Assembly (NCBI GenBank): GCA_964304625.1
Contig: OZ199839.1
Span: 10,263,287-10,327,286, forward strand
Length of the DNA: 64,000 nucleotides
Direction of reading: 5' to 3'
DNA from: Kudoa neothunni
Lineage: Eukaryota > Animalia > Cnidaria
The position numbers and the translations under genes were made by a program. Positions 1-13,168 of the stretch are shown here, piece by piece (position 1 is the stretch's first letter; each line of letters begins with the position of its first letter). Below the pieces are notes generated by a model. It was not told the origin of the DNA. It saw nothing but the letters and a program-made list of their open reading frames with translations, and made no database searches.

Positions 1-204
1 CACAGCATAAACATTAGCTATTTAATTTAATACAAGAATAATCTCATTTTAAATAAAAATGATCACACTTGCTTATTAATCAAATATTTAATATTTAAGC
101 ACGAATTTGTGTAATATAAATACCCACAAAATTATCAGTCAAAAGAAAAAAAATAGCAAAACAATCACACGAAAAACACGGCGTTAATTATAATACTCTC
201 AGAT

Positions 205-227
205 GTGTGTGTGTGTGTGTGTGTGTG
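205..227. repeat. (GT)n microsatellite
   Basis: Run of ~11 TG/GT units. Confidence 0.9.
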
Positions 228-244
228 AAGAAACCTCAACAACA

Positions 245-1759
245 TCAAGTAGACAAAAACAAACACTTGATTAAACATTTTAAGCATGCGTTTGAAAAAA
301 TAACGGGGAATAATCCTAATCCGCCAACTGACGGCGAAAATAAAGCCCACACTAGAGATGCTAATCCTATTATCAAACATTCGATAACACAACAACAAAT
401 TGGTCGGATGTTGCCTCTGTCGATATTACACTCTCAAAGATTAGGGTGAGAGATTAACATATGTAATATAAAGTGAGGGATTATTTAATCAAATGAATTA
501 AAGCGCCACAACAATGAGTTGTTACTTTGAATACATTGAACCGGAACACATATCAAAAAAAGGATTATCTTCAGTATAAAGCCCCATCGTAATTGCGGAT
601 TAGTAGACCTACTGGCATCCATATTTTTTCAGTTCGAAAAGCATTTGGTGTAATTGAGGGAATGGATATTGATTTGGGAAAAGTCTAGGTTTCCAAGCAC
701 ATAATAGGTGCGGCTATAGAGGTTGTTATGTGTGATTTACCATCGCATGCGCATATCTGATAAATCCATTGTCACCGCATTCCATCACCTAATATACCAT
801 AGTTGAAATTGTGTGTTGTTGTGCTCACAACTAATTCAGCCTGTGTATTTTAATGGTGTTGAATCGGGGTTGTATTGAGAGTGGACTGGACGACTAATTT
901 CCGCAATTCATCACCGAATCAATACTTCACTTTCTATTGAGATTATTTATGGCATTTTGGTGTAATGTAAATATTGGCCCAGCCTACGGGTTTGCTTATG
1001 TTGTACAATAATAACAACAATAATAATAATAATTGCTAAATGCTCAAAAGTTTTATGCGCAATACAAATGTCAAAAACCGATTACATTAATTCTCAGACA
1101 ATACTTACTAATAACTGAAATATGTTACAATTTGAAAATGTTCGATAGTGCAAACCTCAATTACCGCTATCACCCCAACCCTTATCAAATACTCTGGTAA
1201 GCTGTGTCCGCCTTATTTACAAAATCCAACTAATCCGGCTGTTAACGACTTCAACTTGCATCAAATTGAATAACAATTCCACAACTATTTCCACCCCAAA
1301 ATCAACCTACACATCAACCAAACAATTTAAACGTGCAATAATAATCAAAATTACCAATATGGCGTTTATCACGCCAACCATTGACTATTTTGAAATTTCC
1401 CAATGAATAATCCGTATTATCGCTTATCTTCGGAGAGTTACCGTACACTCGTAGGTGACAAGGAATCTATAGCTTTAGCCGTACTGGTTGTTATACAAGT
1501 AATTCTATTTTTTAAAAATGTTCATTTCAAATCACCTGTTCGTATAATTTGTTTGATGGTTGCTGGGAGGTGTGACAAGTTTGATATGTATTAGTTTGGA
1601 GGAGATTTTGGTTGATTGGTAATATAAATCTTGATTCCCATTTTTCGATTTGATGAATTATGTTTTTAATCGGGTTGTTCTAAGATTGGTTGGTTGGGTG
1701 ATTGTTATTTTTGTCGAAAAATAAACGGCTTGGTTTATATCCTCACCGACAGCAACCAT
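245..1759 (-). CDS. Possible multi-exon gene of unknown function, head-to-head with Sin3
   Basis: ATG at 1759 and several open segments bounded by AG/GT that splice in frame: MVAVGEDINQA | NNPIKNIIHQIEKWESRF...YEQ | IPCHLRVYGNSPK...WRDKRHI; VMECGDNGFIRYAHAM | PHLLCAWKPRLFPNQYPFPQLHQMLFELKKY. Not all junctions could be resolved, no family recognised, 3' end uncertain. Confidence 0.3.
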
Positions 1760-1902
1760 TCTCACTAATCACACAAATAACTTGGTGGTCGTTGCGACTA
1801 CTAAACTCATTCAATACCAACAATGTGTTTTAGGTTCATACGAATAGTGCTAGCTAGCATTGCTATTGTGATTTGTTGTGAATCGGGTTTATTCCTGTTG
1901 TC

Positions 1903-4900
1903 ATGGAAAAAAAAGTAGAAACGCATCCCACAACTGCTACTTCATCAACTGATTCCTTTCAGCAGGCTTTAATGGCGGAGGAAAAGGATAGTGGTGAGGT
2001 TTTGCAGTCATCATCTGCGACCGTTGCCAACAATCAACTGGTTTGTTCATCCGGCATCCCTATCGACAGTAACAGTTGTGGATTAGTTAGTGCTCAGTTT
2101 TCTTACGCACATTCAATCTAGATAATCATGTTAATAATAATAAAACTGCTTCTCACCAACTATTGTCTGATGATGAATCAACTGAACGTCGGGAAAAAGA
2201 TAATGATGAATTATGCAATAGTGCTGTTCCATTGTTTGATGTGGGTATCCCTCAACAGTCCAATGAGTCTAGAAAACATGACACGCCAACACAATCTGCA
2301 ACGTCGATCGCGGATGATGATTCCAAATCTCTGCCGAACAATACTCCTCTTATAGCTTCGTCAAGTGGCGCTACAACGACGCATTCGGATGATTCCAACA
2401 CTACTACCGCTGTAGCAGCTACCGCTGCGAATAACACTTCCACACCACTCAATTCTGTCGACTGTAAACGTCATCAAGTATTTCGTTGATTTCTTTTCGA
2501 TAAGAGCATGCAAATATCATTTATATAATAGGTTGAAAAGGCGCTCGGATTTCTCGAACAAGTCCGTAAGAAATACACAAAACAACCTGGAGTTTATAGT
2601 GGATTTCTGAATTTGATGAGATCTTTCAAAACTCATAGGTAATTATATTAAGTTGGATCATATTAGGATTTATGATACGGAGACAAGTCTTCAGTAGAAC
2701 AACGGAGCGTTAATATTAATCTAGTTTAAATATCACATCGGATTGCCTAAGTGTGACCCATTGTTTTTCCGCCCGATCATTTCGATTAGCTTTAAGAGAG
2801 CGATTCTATAGGTGGTGTTATTGTGCACTGTATAATATGCATTTTCCTGTTCCTATCTACGTTCGACTATGCGTGAGAATGTACTAAAGTTTCTTTTAAT
2901 GCACACATGTGGAATTATTCGATCTATTTAATATTCTTGGCGTAATTTTATTAAGTTAAACGTCGTTGTAATCTTAATTTCTTATAGTATAATATCTTTA
3001 TGTGTATTTGATTATACACGTAAACTTTATCGTATCTACGACTTTACGAACTCAATGTGACGTTGACAATTAGATAAAATCAATTTTGGGTGGATTTGAA
3101 TGTTTTTGTTCATTTCTGATATTTTTGATCAATCGTAATAAAAATTGTGAACTCTTTAATTTCACTTGAATTGAATGTGTTAGACGCCTGCTGCTTCGAA
3201 CACGAGTCAGTTTTAATTGAGTGCGAAATACAGCAAACATTTCATAGCGAGATATTTTCTCATTTAAATGATGTTGATTTAATTTTCAAGTACAAGGATA
3301 TGGGAAATTTAAAGTTAAACATAAGTTTTATTAAGGAAATGCAGTAGAATGGAATATTGAATATTATTATGGTCTGTGTGTGTATTGAAAATGTAGGAAA
3401 CGTCGTCGCGAAACCTTTTAAAATATTATTTATATCCAGATCTAAAAAAATTGAAGTAATTTAACTTTTTTAGATAGTTCAATAGTAAAAGCGAATATCA
3501 TTTTTATTAGAGATAAATATCAATTCATTAATGTATATGAGTATATGATCGAGTGGGTTGATAAAAGAATCCAAGAAAGTTAGCGTATTAGCATTAGCTC
3601 AACTGTAAACTAGCATGGTTCCTTAGATGTGAAATTAAATCAGACATGGAATGAATATAATTTCGTGCGTAGTTTTCGTATTTTGGTATAAATTCAATTA
3701 ATGAGTGCTTCACCCATCCTGTATACTCATAGATACTTTACTCTCTAGATTCTGTAGATAATTAGTGCCAGGCTATATTATATCAGAATCGGTGGAATAA
3801 TTATTATTACATAATTTTTATTAAATTACTATTGCATAATATTTAAAAATTTGTTAACATGTTATTTTTATATTATTTATGCATCATTTTTATTAGGTAG
3901 AGCTATACTTTATATTTAACTTTATCAATCAATCGAAAAGAATTCATAAATCTAGGTAAACATGTCTTTATGATATTACTACAAATGGTCGAAATATAAA
4001 ACCCGGTTACATTTAAAATGTTAAAATTAAACTCTATCCTTAGAAATCAAGTAAGGATGTGTGTTTAACGGAATTCGAGTGTTTTTGAAATATTTAACAA
4101 GAGGTAATATATTACATGTAAACTAAATAAATAATTTGTTAATATATATATATATAGATTACAGATATATTTATAAATGTTTAATTTAAAAAAAAAAACA
4201 TAACATCTTTTTAGAAAACTTATTAAAAAATACTTTTTTTAATTCCATAAAATGGTCATTCATCAAATGTGAGATCATTACAGTGGATAGGATTATTATG
4301 TGTAAATAATTCTAAAAATATGACATTTTAGGAATATATTTCTGGTTAATTCTATGAAACAATTAATTACAACATTGTTTGTGTAGAATGATAACAAAAT
4401 TGGCACACATGGTAATAGTTTACTATTGGTTTCGTATTGTGGTGTGTTTAAATAAATCATATATATAATTAATCAGTTAAAATCATCTTCATTATCGAGG
4501 ATAAACAACTGCTATTTATTATTCTTATTTATTGATTTTTTGACATTTTCTCCAATCACTCAATGAATTAGTAGCTTATACTGAATTTTAGGTTGTCCGA
4601 AGAAAGTGTTTCATTGAAAGAGATTGTAGATAAGGTGAAGAACGTATTTGTGGACAATGAGGATCTTTTTGAACGGTTTTCTGAATTTGTTATCGGGGAT
4701 AAACGTAATGAGAATATGGGAGGACTTGTTGATGCGGCGAACAATGTGCAAAATAACCCAGAGTTGAGTTCGATGGAAAAATTGAATCCGAATAGCGGAG
4801 ACTACATCATGGATGGTGATGGTGGAGCGTCGACCATCGCTGGCACCAGCCGTACCACATCACCTAGCATAAGATTTGATAATAGTTCGAGGATTGAGAT

Positions 4901-6344
4901 TGCGTGTTCTAATGAATCTATCAAAAAAGAAGGGACATTACTGAGACCCTCCGCCACATCGGCCAACGATCTAACAGCTCATTCCGCTAATTCATCCATG
5001 CCGATCAACAGTAGAATAACAACGCAGAATTCGCACAATAACAATCATCCGCCAAGAGTCATGTCCTCTATACAACATCGACCTCCTCCAATCTACCCTC
5101 CACACTCTTCGTTTGTTGTAGACGGAGGAGGAATACCAACGGCTATCAACAATGGTGGGGTTCTCAGACCAATTTATTCTCCGAATGCCCCTCCCATAAT
5201 TCCCTCGCCGTTACCTCCAGGATACCGATCATTCAACAGTTATTCAGGTGGCCCACCTAATAATCAACCACCTCCTCCCACTGCAAATCAATATGGTTCA
5301 AGACGTCACGGCTCACAACATCATGGTATGGCTCACCACACTGTTGGCGTTGGAAATGCTGTCGGTTTGCCCATAGTTGGTGTTCCGAGAGAAGCTTATT
5401 GTAACTATCGCAATACAACGCCAGCTGTTGTACCGCCTGCTAATGTGGGCCAATCAAGACGAGGTCCGAGAGCTCCTTCAAATTTTTCTGCGATTCAATC
5501 GGCTCTCTATCATAACATCTCTACAAATTCAGGTGGACCGTCACCTCCCCCACCTTCCGGTAGCGACATAGCGACTAAGGCAGCGCCAGCCAAAAGACCC
5601 TATAACTATGTGCCGCAACCACCCCCTAATACCAATTATAATACCGACTCCAAACCGAATAACTCAAACAATGAATTGTCAAATGCTGTTTCATCATCTC
5701 CAAATCATCAGAATGCTACCCATGGCCCTCAACAACCTGTATATTACACAAAGGGTGGCCCAAACAGCATTGACGTTTCGCCCACCAATATATCGAACAA
5801 TCAACATCAGTTTCCACAAGATAATCCAGACCGTTTTCAAGCACACTCCTTTGGTGCCGGTTCAGATATATTTGATTCGTTTGATAGAGGCGCTTTCGAT
5901 TTTGCCAGTACCGTAAAAATGTACTTCACCGATGTGTTGAAAAAGCCTCGTGCGTATCAAGAATTTGTTCATTACCTTCGTGAATATCAAAATCAACATG
6001 AGTTGATCGAAATGGCTTCACTGATGTCGCCCGATGACAAAAAAATCAAAGAAAACGATCTACTCAAAAAACTTATGGACAGTGTGTCTGAACTTTTCAA
6101 TCAAAATGTCGAGCTTATCAACTCCTTCCTCCATTATCTACCCTCGTTGAATAGCAATCTGTCCCCTGCAAATTTGGCTCCTTATCATGCCACTTTGGCC
6201 AACAAACAATCTTCAAGTTTTGCTTCACAACAACCTACCACTACCAATGATGTCAAAGTTAATAACACTCGGTCACGACATCAAAGTGCTCAACCAATAG
6301 GATCCAATCCCAACGCTTCCGACTCCAAACGTCATACTTCCATT

Positions 6345-6381
<37 letters not shown>

Positions 6382-9300
6382 TCAACAGCAACAGCAACAA
6401 CAATAATTCAGCTCAGAAGGGATTGAACTCGGCTGGTTTAAATGTTTCATCATCGACCAATATCAACAGCTCAATTGGCGTCAATGCTACTACATCAAAC
6501 CACAATAAATTTCCGGTAAATGCATCCCCTTTGACAGCAAACAACACATCGAATGTTGTTCGTGGTAACGGTCACGCTATATCCACTTTTTCAAACAAAC
6601 AAACTGCGAAACCGCCTGCAATTGCGACCTCTAGACGAGTTCCTCAACAACAGAGGATTCCTTATGGTCGCGGTGTCGGCCAATTCGATCCAAACCTAAT
6701 TTTTCAAATATTCACCGAAATCAGGGCTGTTACCAATGTGAGAGACTACACCAATATACTGAAATGCATCAATTTGTATAATCTCAATATTGCTACCTTT
6801 ACCGAGTTGCTCTATTTGATCAAATCGATCACTTTTTACAACAAAATTGCCTACTCCAAAATGCGAACAGTTCTAAAAAACATGGCCGAATTGTCTCTTG
6901 AATTTGATACTATCTTCCCTGAAATTTTCTACCCAGGCTCGGAAATGCCTATCAAACACCGTGCCTATAGAACTGCACCTGGCGGTGGAGTTGTGGATAA
7001 CCAAATGATATCTGCAAACCATCCATCAACTCATCCTAATCACGCCGGTAGAGTTGTGATTCCAAGAAACACACCTAATCAAATGCCGCCGTTCAATAGT
7101 GGTATGAATCCTGCTGCTATGGTTGTAAACCCCAATCATTATCAACCAACCTCGAACACAACTCCAAGGTATCAGGGATCTCACGGCAACAGCAAAGTCA
7201 CCACACAACCACCTAGAGCTCAACGTATTGCTAATACCGCGGCGTCTCAGTCTCACATGGTAACGTCTGGTGGTAGTGTTTCACTTCCACCAAGCAATGT
7301 GAATGCGGTATCCAATCAAAACCACCTGGAATCTTATGTAATGAAACAATCTCCTCAAACCAATGCATTCATCGAATCTCTATCCGCTACACAACACGCT
7401 AGATTCTATTTGGATCGAAATCGACGAATATCAAGCAGTTATTTTCTTCTGGGGCCATCTACCCCTTCATGGACCTGTTCGGGAATGACAGAGTTGGCCA
7501 GATCGGTTCTCAACAATGAATGCTTATCGGAAGCGCACACTGCACTGGAAGAACGAACCACCAACACAACCCCTGCCACGTTCACCAGAAATATCTATGA
7601 AGAAGAGTTGACACGCGTTGAGGAGGAACGCTTCGAGTTGGATGTTCTACTCGATCTTTTAACTTCAGTTCGAAATCATTTTCGTGACGTGATTGCCAAC
7701 GAGAAATTCCCTACTTCTGACGATATTTTTGGCAAGGGCATGAAATATTTCATTTACAAATCATTGCAAAATCTCTATGGTGATAATTTTTACAAAGTGG
7801 TTAAAGCACTCAAATTGGATCCTCTGGCATCGCTGAGGGTTGTGGCTCCACGAATTGATCAAAAGATCAAGGAATGGAATATTTCCAAACAGCATTTGGA
7901 AGAATATTGGCGAAAAATCACGTTGAAAAACTATCTCAAAGCTCTCGACTACAACTTCCTATCATTCAAAAGTACCGATATAAAAAAAATGAAAGCCAAG
8001 CAATTTATCAAAGAGGTTGAACAGTTGTCTAACAGTGATGGACCGGGCGGCAATATTGATTCTAAAAATAATGCCACTAATGTTAGTAACAACGTTAAAC
8101 CTCACCTAACAATCAACTATCACAGCCAACTTATGGTTTCGAATGCTACCCACCTCATTATGTATCATTCTAAACGACAAAGTGTTCTCACCTCAGAAGA
8201 AAAAGCCTACGTGGATAATTTGGTCATGAGTGATTTTCTGCCAAAATTTTTCGGTGGAAAAACTGCTTCTGATGACCAAACCAAACAAGTCACCACTAGT
8301 TGGTTCCACTTTTTTGCCACCGATGATATCTATGTGTTCTTCCGATTGCATCATCTTTTGTGTGATCGTCTTCGAACAATTTATGATATTTGTAAGGATG
8401 TAGTTGAACAATCTCAATTACTCGATTCGACTACATCGTTTCAACCCACATCCTTCGCCAACTCACCCACAAACACCCCACAAGGCGACTATCATTATCC
8501 GTTTCTCCTTTCCAAATCCATCCATCACAGATTCTCAACTACCAGACGACCCGGGTCTTTGCAAGAACTCTACGATTTTTTTATTGAGCTTGTGCAAGAG
8601 CTGTTAGATGGAACCATTGACAATGAATTTTTTGAAGATGAATGCCGGTTCATGTTTGGTACACGATGCTATGTCATTTTCACCATCGATAGACTGGTGC
8701 AGGAATGCGTTAAATATCTCAATTTTATGGTTTTCAACCCACCTTCTCAAAATTTGATCGATCTTTTCGTGAAATGTGCTCCCAAAATCAAATCTCCATG
8801 TAACCCCGCTTCACCTACTGCTGTTAATAACAGCCAGCTCTATTTTGAAGAGTATAAACGTGAAATGGATTCAATCATGAAACCACAAAACTACTATTTC
8901 GATTTGATCTTTACTGTCAAAGATCCACGTGCTGTTAAATATAATAGTGACGGGAGTGTGTCTCACGATGGCTACTGTTCGAATTATGTGACCTCTAAGA
9001 TATTCCTTTACCAATCATTCACTGATGAAAGCAACCAAATAACCAAACATGCATATCAACCTCCACATCCAAACTTTTTGCCCACCACCAATGCAGATGA
9101 AATCTCCACTACTCATCAACATGGAAATTTCAACGCAGATTCAAATAATCTAATAACTACCCAATCTCACCTCATTCCAACTCTCCATTCTGTACCTCTT
9201 ATTCTGCAAAGCAATCCTCGAATCACACCACAAATTCGCGAAAACGCTTATTATTCCAAACCCAATTGTGATTTCGATGGTGGGGCAAACTACGCTAGAA

Positions 9301-10151
9301 GTATTTTAACTCATGTGAACTTTGATGAGTGGCGGAGTTATGTATCCTATTTCACAAGAAACGACTCACCTTCACTAGATCCCTCCAATTTAGATTCTAA
9401 CGATGGCGGTGTGGCTGGGTTGAAACCATTGAATGATGAGCTCAACTTCGCCCGTGATCAACGCCTTTTCATGATGAAAAATCTACGTCTCAGCTGGAAA
9501 AGACTACCAAACCAGGCATCACAAATCAAAGGACTCATCAAGCATTTGTATAATCATGATCCTACTCGTGATTCAGCTGTTTTCGATAGCAGTATTATCG
9601 TAAATAACGATGTTACTGTTAACGGTGGTGATGCGTCACCGTCGGCACAGTTAATAGCTCCGCATGACCAAATCACTGCGTGTTCTACGCTAGTTAATAG
9701 TGCCGTTACTGTTGTTGATGGTGGTGGTGGTGGTGGTGACAATGTGCTAACAAATAAAACGGTGGCATCCTCTATTACCACCTCTCGTAACCATCTACAA
9801 TTATCCAAACTTGATCAGTATTCCAATGGACTCATGATTTTTGACAACGAAACTTACGCTCTCGAACCTGTTGCTTTCAAACTGCAGTTTCTGCGAGACT
9901 CATACTTTCTTCTCTACAACAAATGTTCCACTGCACAATCCTTGAAATACTTCCTAGCTCCTTCATCGTTGCCTTCCGGCAAACTTTTAGAATCTATACT
10001 TTGTAAAAATAGATCAAAATCTCCAAACTTTACCACCCGGTTCTCAAGTAATCTTTCAACGAATGCGAATATTGACTCTCACCATCCAAACTTCAACTTA
10101 CCAACCACCAAACAGTCATCGTTTGTCACAAAAGACAATTATAAATTATAA
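1903..10151 (+). CDS. SIN3: Sin3 paired-amphipathic-helix corepressor, 4 exons, ~2060 aa
   Basis: Exons ~1903-2074 (first donor uncertain), 2122-2477, 2532-2638, 4592-10151 with GT-AG introns of ~47, 54 and 1953 nt. Splicing rebuilds PAH1 (VEKALGFLEQVRKKY...FLNLMRSFK / IVDKVKNVFVDNEDLFERFSEF). The large exon has PAH2 (AYQEFVHYLREYQ...VSELFNQNVELINSFLHYLP), PAH3 (YTNILKCINLYN), the HDAC-interaction domain (CSGMTELARSVLNNECLS...YEEELTRVEEERFELDVLLD) and the C-terminal domain (YVFFRLHHLLCDRL...FEDECRFMFGTRCYVIFTIDRLV). Confidence 0.95.
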
Positions 10152-11834
10152 TATTTAAGTTTGTTGTATTTTGCTCTTATTTCGATTGTTTATGTGGGTG
10201 GATTTTTGTGATGGCGCTCGCATGCATAGTTTATATATAGTATTGACTTAAATTTATGTAGATGTTAATTAGATATCATTAATTTACAGCTAATTATTTA
10301 TATACCTTTTGCTTTATTAGTTTTTGGAGTTTGTTGAAGTTATCAATCAATTTGAAAATGTATCTTAAAATAACGATAGAAATGTTTTTGTTAATATAAA
10401 CACATTTTATTGAATTAGAGTGTTTAACGATTTGCATCGAATGTCGGAGCTGATAACGTAACGATCAATATAATCATGTTTGTAAAGTACTTTTGATTCT
10501 TATTAATTTATATTAAGTTTATTTGAATATTAAATATTATTTTAGAAGCAAATTTAATTAAAATTTTAATATGGGGTTATACCTCGATGGAATTTTCAGT
10601 TATGCGCAAGCAACAGTAATTAATAAAAAAGTTCATTGCCTATTTAAATGTGGAATTTTATTTATTAATGTAACATTGATCAAATTAAATTATTTTAAAT
10701 TTTTGTTTTCTCTCAAATTTAATATAATTATGTAATAATGAAAGATAAATTTTATTTTAATGTATTTAAACGCATAATTAATCATTCAATTTTATTTTTT
10801 ATCCATTTTGGCGTTAATAAATTAATGTAGGATCTAAAATAGCCAATTTAAATTATTTTTATAGAAATGTTTATCTAGAGAGAGTTATTTAGAACACTAA
10901 AAATAATTTTCGAGATTACTTATTTTTCAATGATCATATTTTATATAGGATATGTATACATTGCCTGGTTATTTCTGAGGCTAGTTTTTTCCGCGGTGAT
11001 ATTTATGATATAAACTCATCGTTTGAGGTATGGAGTTGAAATAAAAATTCCATGTAATTTTGTGTTGACAATATTAATTAAAGGGTTTTTATTGTTAAAA
11101 ATATACTCCAACAGGTTATTTGCAATTAAAATCTCAAATTGAATATCCCCTAATATAGCCTAAATTGTAATATGGATCTAATTATTTTTATGGAATCATG
11201 TGGTTATACGTAAGTATATTTTAATATAATTTATGGATGTTTAATAAAAAGATATCAAAATCTTTCTTATGCATGAACAAAATTTGAATTCATTTTAATT
11301 GTATTGATGGGATTTTCCGACCAAATAAATTGTTTGGCTTAAAACCAAGCCAAAATGTTTTAAATAATTTATATAAATATAATGAAACCTTTTTGTTGTT
11401 AATTAAATTTTTTTATATGGATTAACAAAATTATAAGATAAATGAGACGTTATTGAAAGATTTTACCCAATAATTGAAAACAATAAAACTGAAATATTAA
11501 TGTTTGAGAAATATAATGTAGCAAGTACTGTGGAACTTAAGAGGGCGGCAATAACTATTTTCGCATTTACCAACATTTTTAAACGATTGCTTGAAATATT
11601 TAAATCCCCGTTTTAATTATCTTATTATTCATACAATGATTATAAATAATTTTCTTAATAATATTAGAGTCATTTGATCCACGTAAATCTTATATCAATA
11701 TATATTTTACTACGCTGATTCCTAATTACATTCATTCTAAAAAATAAGGTTTATACATCAACTATAAATTGGAATTAACTGGATTAAAAATGGGAACCGA
11801 GCAAGCGTAGTTGTCATTTTATATTAAAAACTTC

Positions 11835-11854
11835 CGTGTCAATAGCCAGTGCCT
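11835..11854. mobile_element. Solo TIR related to the 34.7-38.0 kb Mutator
   Basis: CGTGTCAATAGCCAGTGCCT matches that element's right TIR with one mismatch; partner end not seen. Confidence 0.5.
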
Positions 11855-13168
11855 AAGATAAATTAATAAAAGTTCAACCTGAATAATATAATTGAATTTG
11901 TTAGAAATGTATGTACATAATTTTCCTAATAACCGTTTACTTATCTCCTTATGCCCTCGTAATAATTATATAATTAAGATATTTTGAATTTTTAGGGGTT
12001 TCTAAACAAACATCTTCGATTTAAATCAAAGAATATTTAAACATTTAGTTTATAAATAATATATATGTCTATATAAGAATCAAAGCAAATTCCATGCATG
12101 AAATTAATGATAAAACAACGTAGTGTCAGAATCGTGCATTATAGTTTGTTGAATTTTTACATGAATTTCTGTATTAGACTATAATTTTGATTTTGATAAA
12201 TTAATTTAAATCTAACTTTTGCAAATATAATTTCTAAGTCATACCACTTTATAATAATTTTTATTTTTGGTGTTGAATTATTGGTAACAGGTTTGTTTAT
12301 AACAAAATGAGATACATTAATATTTAAATGAAATTGATACTAAAAACTACTTAGCTGCTTCATAACAAGAAAAATATTAATCGTACGTTCTTGTGCATGA
12401 CAGAGATTTAACTATGTAACATCTTTTAAAAATTACAATTATATTATAAGATATTTTTAAATTTTTAGCATTTATAAATATTTTTAATTGAAAAATTTGT
12501 AGGAAACAACGAAAAGCTAATCCAATGAATCTCACAACAATTTGCTACAAAAATTATCGAGGCTGATTGATGAAATTACTTCAACAAATACAACAATAGA
12601 ATTTTTATCTTCGGGAGAATTCAATAGATTAAATTTACAAATTAGAAATTTAATAAATGAATTCATATTTTTTGAATGATTAAAATAATAGAACGAATGG
12701 CGTGATAATAATCCTCTTATTTAACAACGTTTTGGCGTTTCCATGTTGGCGATTTTCAAAAAATTTCGTTTGTAATATTTTTAACTATTAAAATTTTCAA
12801 AATTTAATGCTCAATATTCCATTAGTGACTTCAATGTCATATAAAATTTTAAAAAATAAGCTTTAGAAGAATGCATTATAATTCAATTAACGGATAAGGC
12901 GAAATCTAATAGTGCCATAAAATTGATTGAAATGAATTTAGAAAAATACTATATGACTATGGAATATCGCCTACAATAATTCTTTAGCTATAATATAAAA
13001 TATAGAGATATAACTAATAATAATAAAGATATGTATTTAAAAAGAAAACAAGAACGATATTTTATTTAGCGCACCACTATAAAGACCCTATGATTTACTT
13101 AAAGAAAAATGGGTTTATTTAAACTTATCTAATATTGTGTACTAAATTATTTTTTAATAAAAAATGAA

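Noticed and set aside
5377-9808. Short alternative-frame and antisense ORFs within the Sin3 exon
   Set aside because: Expected by chance in a long low-complexity exon; no motifs.
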